Part shown: piece by piece, positions 16,752 to 21,880 of the stretch
How positions within the stretch are numbered: the first letter of the stretch is position 1
Layout of the letters: each line of letters starts with the position of its first letter
Source: Calditrichaceae bacterium
GTDB lineage: Bacteria; Calditrichota; Calditrichia; Calditrichales; JBFXGD01
DNA length: 21,880 nucleotides
Direction: 5' to 3'
NCBI GenBank assembly: GCA_050178385.1
Contig: JBFXGD010000048.1
Coordinates: 1 to 21,880, forward strand
Translations under genes and position numbers: made by a program
The notes under the pieces: generated by a model
What the model was told of the DNA's origin: nothing
The model's database searches: none
The model's input: only the letters and a program-made list of their open reading frames with translations

Positions 16752-17921
16752 ATGATGCGTATTTTATCTGTTTTAATCGCGCTGCTGATGTTAACATCAT
16801 CTCTGTTTGCGCAGGGGAATGCCGAATACAGGAAAAAGGTTGTCTGGGGCAAAGAGAAGACGATCCTTACTACTGATTTTAAAGAGGTTAAAAAACCATC
16901 CATAAATGATTTCATAAAAATATTTCACTTCGATCCGATAAGGCAGGACACTACAGGAACATGCTGGGCTTTTTCAGGCGTTTCATTTGTCGAATCAGAA
17001 ATTGCAAGGTTGGGATACGGTCAGGTTAAACTATCTGAAATGTATATCGCTTACCGCGAATATGTTGAAAAGGCGCGCCGGTTTGTCCGGGAAAAAGGGG
17101 ATTCCGAATTTGGTGAGGGTTCTGAACAAAACGCGGTTCTGCTGCGCATGAAACAATACGGATGCGTACCCGCGGAATCTTATTCAGGACTTGTTAACGG
17201 TCTGTTGAAACACAATCATGAAGCAATGTTCCAAGAAATGAATGATTATTTAACATTTATAAAAAATAACGAATATTGGGATGAAACAGTCGTTTTGAGT
17301 ACCATCAGGCAGATTCTGAATAAATATATCGGTGAACCTCCGGCAGAATTTGTGTATAAGGGTGAGAATTATACTCCCATAACATTTATGCAGAAAGTGG
17401 TCAAAATTAATCCTGATGATTATGTGGATTTTATGTCCACCCTCAAATTTCCATTTTATACCTTAGGAGAATACGAAGTGCCGGATAACTGGTGGCATTG
17501 TCAGAATTATTATAATATCCCGCTGGATGAATTTTACAATGGTATAAAGAATGCCGTGAGAAACGGGTATACGATAGCGATTGGCGGCGATGTGAGCGAA
17601 GCCGGTAAAAGCGGGGAGGATGATATTGCCATAGTTGTGCCGTGGGATCTGTCACAGAAAGACATAAATCAAAATTCTCGGGAGTACCGGTTTTATAATA
17701 AAACGTCAACGGATGATCATGGAATTCATCTGGTTGGATATACAAGTAAATTCGGTCATGACTGGTTCCTGATAAAAGATTCGGGTTCCAGCGCCTATAA
17801 TGGCGACAATAAGGGATACTATTTTTTCAGGGATGATTTTATCAAACTGAAAATGCTTAGCTTTATGGTTCACAGAGATGCCGTAAAGGGCATATTGGCT
17901 AAAATGAGCAAAACTAAGTAA
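16752..17921 (+). CDS. Secreted papain-like C1 cysteine peptidase (aminopeptidase C / bleomycin hydrolase-like)
   Basis: 389 aa with signal peptide. QDTTGTCWAFS (oxyanion Gln and catalytic Cys), LSEM, DDHGIHLVG (His) and LIKDSG. RBS AGGAG. Confidence 0.9.
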   Translation: MMRILSVLIALLMLTSSLFAQGNAEYRKKVVWGKEKTILTTDFKEVKKPSINDFIKIFHFDPIRQDTTGTCWAFSGVSFVESEIARLGYGQVKLSEMYIAYREYVEKARRFVREKGDSEFGEGSEQNAVLLRMKQYGCVPAESYSGLVNGLLKHNHEAMFQEMNDYLTFIKNNEYWDETVVLSTIRQILNKYIGEPPAEFVYKGENYTPITFMQKVVKINPDDYVDFMSTLKFPFYTLGEYEVPDNWWHCQNYYNIPLDEFYNGIKNAVRNGYTIAIGGDVSEAGKSGEDDIAIVVPWDLSQKDINQNSREYRFYNKTSTDDHGIHLVGYTSKFGHDWFLIKDSGSSAYNGDNKGYYFFRDDFIKLKMLSFMVHRDAVKGILAKMSKTK

Positions 17922-18058
17922 AAAACAGCTACGCGCGGAATTTTTTATTGCGGTTTACGTATTTCACAAGTTGACAAATCAATGTGCAGGCTGCCAGATA
18001 ATCAATCGGTTTTAAAGGAATTCTGCATGGAATTAGTTATTATTTATAAGGGGATATC

Positions 18059-20128
18059 ATGAAAAATGCTGCACTCAGCTTTCTGATATTGTTGGTATTT
18101 AGTATTACCGCGAATGCCGATGAAGGTATGTGGACTTTTGACAATCCGCCTGTTAAACAGCTAAAGGAGCGGTATGATTTTGTGCCAACGCAGGAGTGGC
18201 TTGATCATGTAAGGTTGTCCAGTGTCCGGTTTAACGATGGCGGTTCTGGTTCATTTGTAAGTCCCAACGGCCTTGTTTTGACAAACCATCATGTGGCGCG
18301 TGGTCAGTTGCAGAAACTTTCATCATCAGAAGCCAACTATGTGTTTGACGGTTATTATGCAAAATCGATGGAGCAGGAATTAAAAGCGACAGATCTCGAG
18401 CTGAATGTTCTTGTGTCCATGGAAAATGTCACCGCACGTATCAATAAATCGGTCAAGAAAAACATGTCTGATCAGGAAGCGCTTGAAGCCCGCAAGGCAG
18501 AAATGGCGCTGATCGAAAAAGAAAGTCTGAAAAAAACAAGCCTTCGTTCAGATGTGATCACATTGTATCAGGGTGGAGAATACTGGCTTTATCGTTATAA
18601 AAAATACACGGATGTCAGGATTGTGTTCGCTCCGGAAATGCAGGCCGCCTATTACGGCGGTGATTTGGATAATTTCACCTATCCCAGGTATGATCTGGAT
18701 ATGGCCATTGTTCGTGTATATGAAAACGGTAAACCCGTTGATTCCAAAAATTATCTGAAATGGAATACGAAGGGAGCAGGCGACGGCGATTTGGTTTTTG
18801 TACCGGGAAATCCGGGATCGACTAATCGCCTGCAAACGGTTGCTCAGCTGGAGCGCCAGCGCGATTATTCTTATCCTTTTCGGATGGAATTGATCAAACG
18901 CCGCATGGAAGTGTTAAAAATATATTCAGCGCTGGGTCCGGAACAGGCGCGTCAGGCTGCCGGCCAGATTTTTGGCCTTAGCAACGCGATTAAAGCATGG
19001 ACCGGCGAATACAATGGGCTGCTCGATGAGTCTTTAATGAAAAAGAAGAATAAAGATGAAGAAGAATTTAAGGCGTTGGTCAATAGTAAGCCCGAATGGA
19101 AAAAGGAATACGGAAGCGCCTGGGATGAAATTTCGGCTGCTGAGAATACGATGGTTGGGCTGCTTAAGCCCCTACGATACCGGTCGGTCAGCGGATCCAG
19201 AATGTTTGCGTTGGCTGAAACGATTGTAAAGTATGCCGCTGAGATTAACAAGCCGGATGGTGAACGTCTGGAAGGATTTCATGATTCTCAGCTTGAATCA
19301 TCTCTTTTTTATCTGCTGTCGCCCGCTCCGGTATATCCGGAGTTAGAAAAAATGATGATTGCAGACGGGTTGAGAGAATCACTGGAAAATCTCGGAGAAG
19401 AAGATCCATTTATAAAGACTGTTTTGAATGGAAAATCCCCGGAAGCGGTCGCCGCTGGACTATTGGACGAGACACGGATCGCCGATCCGGCTTTCCGCAA
19501 ATCCTTGATTGACGGCGGCAAGGAGGCGGTCGAAAGCTCTGACGATCCCCTTATCGTGCTTGCGCGAAAACTGGATCCGATGAGCAGAGCTTTGGATAAA
19601 GAAAAAGAGGATAAGGTTGAAAGTGTAGAAGCGGCCGCAGAACAAAAACTTGGCCGCGCCCGTTTTGCCGTGTACGGGAAATCGGTAAATCCGGATGCTA
19701 ATTTTACTCTGAGGCTCTCATACGGCAAGGTTGAAGGATACGAAATGAACGGAACAATGGCGCCGCCAAAAACAACATTATACGGATTGTATGATCGGGC
19801 GAACAGTTTTGATTTCCAGCCGCCGTTTAATCTGCCAAAGCGGTTCCTTGAAAGAAAAGACAAGCTGGATCTGAGCGCACCCGCGAATTTTGTAAACAGC
19901 TGCGATATAATCGGCGGGAACTCGGGTTCTCCGGTTATCAATCAGAAGGCAGAACTTGTGGGCTTGATTTTTGACGGGAATATCGAAAGTCTGGTTGGAA
20001 GATATGTTTACTATGAATCCAATAACCGGTCTGTAGCCGTACATTCATCATATATGATTGAAGCATTGAGAAAATTGTACGATGCATCCGCTCTGGCGGA
20101 TGAACTTGAAGGGAAAAAAGAGCTTTAA
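18059..20128 (+). CDS. S46 family dipeptidyl peptidase (DPP7-like)
   Basis: 689 aa. Signal peptide followed by DEGMW. Motifs SFVSPNGLVLTNHH, DNFTYPR, PDANFTLRLSYG, DIIGGNSGSPV and FDGN. Confidence 0.94.
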   Translation: MKNAALSFLILLVFSITANADEGMWTFDNPPVKQLKERYDFVPTQEWLDHVRLSSVRFNDGGSGSFVSPNGLVLTNHHVARGQLQKLSSSEANYVFDGYYAKSMEQELKATDLELNVLVSMENVTARINKSVKKNMSDQEALEARKAEMALIEKESLKKTSLRSDVITLYQGGEYWLYRYKKYTDVRIVFAPEMQAAYYGGDLDNFTYPRYDLDMAIVRVYENGKPVDSKNYLKWNTKGAGDGDLVFVPGNPGSTNRLQTVAQLERQRDYSYPFRMELIKRRMEVLKIYSALGPEQARQAAGQIFGLSNAIKAWTGEYNGLLDESLMKKKNKDEEEFKALVNSKPEWKKEYGSAWDEISAAENTMVGLLKPLRYRSVSGSRMFALAETIVKYAAEINKPDGERLEGFHDSQLESSLFYLLSPAPVYPELEKMMIADGLRESLENLGEEDPFIKTVLNGKSPEAVAAGLLDETRIADPAFRKSLIDGGKEAVESSDDPLIVLARKLDPMSRALDKEKEDKVESVEAAAEQKLGRARFAVYGKSVNPDANFTLRLSYGKVEGYEMNGTMAPPKTTLYGLYDRANSFDFQPPFNLPKRFLERKDKLDLSAPANFVNSCDIIGGNSGSPVINQKAELVGLIFDGNIESLVGRYVYYESNNRSVAVHSSYMIEALRKLYDASALADELEGKKEL

Positions 20129-20144
20129 GTTTTGGTTTTGTTTT

Positions 20145-20177
20145 GGCCCTGAACATAAAAATCAGGGCCTTTATTTT
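20145..20177 (+). terminator. Rho-independent terminator of the S46 peptidase gene
   Basis: GGCCCTGA-ACATAAAAA-TCAGGGCC followed by TTTATTTT, between convergent genes. Confidence 0.75.
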
Positions 20178-21880
20178 ATCATCTCCGCGGTACTTCTGCT
20201 TTCTACAAATTTCACCAACTTTGTCAAATAGTGATTTATTGATTCTATGACATCTTCATTTGGAATTGAAAATTTGACTGATGGCATCAGGGTTATGCGT
20301 ATCCTGTCTTCAAGGATATGATAATGGAGGCCAAAATATTTGAGATATGGCAGGCGGATCCCGGGTCTTCCGACAATCGGTACTTCAGGCAAATTGTGCG
20401 GATGAGATACAATCACTTCTCTGTTCAGCAAATTAAACATTCCCATTATCCTGAGAAAAAGAATCGATATTGAAGCGACCATCAGGGTCGCAAAAAGTTT
20501 AACACCTTTTTTTGAGCGAATAAAAAGCGCCATGATAATATGGCTAGAGAGATGTTCCCTTGCTTTTCTACACGCAAGGCGTTGCGAATGTAACGCTTCT
20601 TGCAGAATTGATGTCTTTGACTCATTCACGCCGTCACATTTTGTGAGCAGTTCAGCCATTCTGAGAACTTCAGCGGTTGAAACCACCGCTGTTTCCAAAG
20701 ACATGCAGCGAAATTTTGACATGGCAAGAAATTGTTCAATCCGGACATTTTTACCGGTGAGTGACTTCAGCGCGGCCTGCAACGCTACAATAAATGAAGA
20801 TACGGGGTCAAGATGATGAGATTGGAAAAAATACTTTCCGATACCCTGAATTTCGAAAGTAGCCCGCTGATCATCGGTGATGAGATGCAAATCCTTTTTT
20901 GCCAGCTCGAGAATAGACGGATCAAAATTCCATTTTAACCGCATGGCAGGGGGCAGTTCCTTATTGCCGGCTGTCTTTGTGTTTGACTGATTTAGTTCCG
21001 CGGAACGGCAGTAAATTTCAGCAGCGGCGCGAACCATGGTGTTTCCATCCAGATAGGTGCTGAAATTACAGATTATGCCTGCTTTTGCATTTCCAAAAAC
21101 AACAATCTGCAGGCTGGAATGAAACCAGCGGTTCTGATAATTACTGCTGTGAATCATGCGCGCGGCCTCTGCATAGTCATCCGGTTTCTCGTTCAGATCG
21201 AGGCAGACCGTCAGAAAACTGTGCTTGATTATCTCCAGAGAATCCCTGTTTATTTTCACTTTACGCAGCTTTTTAAATCCCCGGAACTGTGATCTGTTGG
21301 ATGCCGCCGTCAGGATCCCGGGTGCGTCACCGGCTGAATGGTTTGCATCCAAAACAAGATTTTCAAGAGCGGTACGAAGCCGGTTCACGGAAGGATTTTC
21401 ATCTGTGGGCCATACATTCAAAATATAAATCTGGCTGTTCACGATCACCGTAATCTGTGATCTTTCAGTACTTTTAAAAATGTGCGCTGATTGTCCGTCA
21501 ACGACCTGACAGGTCGAGAATAAATTTGGGTATTGTCCCATTTCGAGTATTTGACCGCGATGCATATCGGGTTTTAGTCCGGCGGAATTGATGTCTTTAT
21601 AGAGACTGCGCGCTCCAAGAATCAGTGTGGCGGCGCGTGAAAGCGGATCATTGACGCCCGGATCGTCTTTTAATGCCAGGGTAGCGGATATGATAGGCGC
21701 GAACAGAGCCGGTTCACGCAAATCGCACCGACGAAGAATTGGCTCGGGATTTCCGGAAAGCTCCTTATAGAACGCGTCAAATCCCAGCATTTTTTTTGTC
21801 AGTGAAAGAACCAGTCGTGAAATGAAATGATTTTTTAAACCGAGTCCTTCGGGATTATTCATCTCAGCAGTATCAGGCAT
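20171..21880 (-). CDS. Choline/carnitine O-acyltransferase-like protein with a divergent active site; start lies at the window edge
   Basis: 569 aa. DPLSRAATLI, LEMGQYPNLFSTCQV, PGILTAASNR, FLTVCLD, NRWFHSSLQIVV and IVALQAA are colinear with family motifs (MxQYxxLF, GxLT, FxVCLD, NRWFDK, QxAxQLA). The ATG is the last 3 nt of the window, so the 5' end cannot be verified. Confidence 0.78.
   Translation of the reverse strand: MPDTAEMNNPEGLGLKNHFISRLVLSLTKKMLGFDAFYKELSGNPEPILRRCDLREPALFAPIISATLALKDDPGVNDPLSRAATLILGARSLYKDINSAGLKPDMHRGQILEMGQYPNLFSTCQVVDGQSAHIFKSTERSQITVIVNSQIYILNVWPTDENPSVNRLRTALENLVLDANHSAGDAPGILTAASNRSQFRGFKKLRKVKINRDSLEIIKHSFLTVCLDLNEKPDDYAEAARMIHSSNYQNRWFHSSLQIVVFGNAKAGIICNFSTYLDGNTMVRAAAEIYCRSAELNQSNTKTAGNKELPPAMRLKWNFDPSILELAKKDLHLITDDQRATFEIQGIGKYFFQSHHLDPVSSFIVALQAALKSLTGKNVRIEQFLAMSKFRCMSLETAVVSTAEVLRMAELLTKCDGVNESKTSILQEALHSQRLACRKAREHLSSHIIMALFIRSKKGVKLFATLMVASISILFLRIMGMFNLLNREVIVSHPHNLPEVPIVGRPGIRLPYLKYFGLHYHILEDRIRITLMPSVKFSIPNEDVIESINHYLTKLVKFVESRSTAEMIK

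Noticed and set aside
16589..16915. 108-aa minus-strand ORF overlapping the C1 peptidase start
   Set aside because: It overlaps a confident gene and an AT-rich divergent promoter region, with no recognisable domain.
17971..18003. TTGACA promoter upstream of the S46 gene
   Set aside because: No acceptable -10 box at 16-18 nt spacing; the nearest GATAAT is about 21 nt away.
19309..19941. 210-aa antisense ORF inside the S46 gene
   Set aside because: It lies fully opposite a well-supported CDS, has no recognisable motif, and has the Ser/Phe-rich composition typical of a shadow frame.
507..21428. The remaining short ORFs (60-119 aa) in the six-frame track
   Set aside because: All are nested in or antisense to motif-supported genes and show no independent coding evidence.

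Overview
Bacterial chromosomal window that looks like core or housekeeping DNA. I found no integrase, transposase, CRISPR array or phage gene. The gene content suggests an FCB-related, peptide-degrading lineage such as Calditrichota, but this is inference only. In order, it holds: the 3' end of a probable receiver-domain protein, tRNA-Leu(CAG), fumC, a small secreted acidic repeat protein behind a sigma54-type promoter, an M23 peptidase-rhomboid pair, an ADP-forming acyl-CoA synthetase, a stand-alone response regulator, and a P1/S58 Ntn-hydrolase with a SpoIIM-like membrane protein. An eight-gene minus-strand cluster follows (cNMP-binding protein, AI-2E transporter, SAM methyltransferase, 4-TM protein, MTH1187 protein, active HtrA, degenerate HtrA paralogue, dimeric dUTPase). 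The window ends with secreted C1 and S46 peptidases and a choline/carnitine acyltransferase-like protein that appears to lack the catalytic His. The best leads are the abutting active-HtrA plus pseudo-HtrA pair, the His-less acyltransferase, the cNMP-protein/AI-2E couple, the sigma54 Ca-binding repeat gene with a C-rich terminator loop, and a structured intergenic element at 5574-5705. All family calls come from motif recognition by eye; no searches were run.
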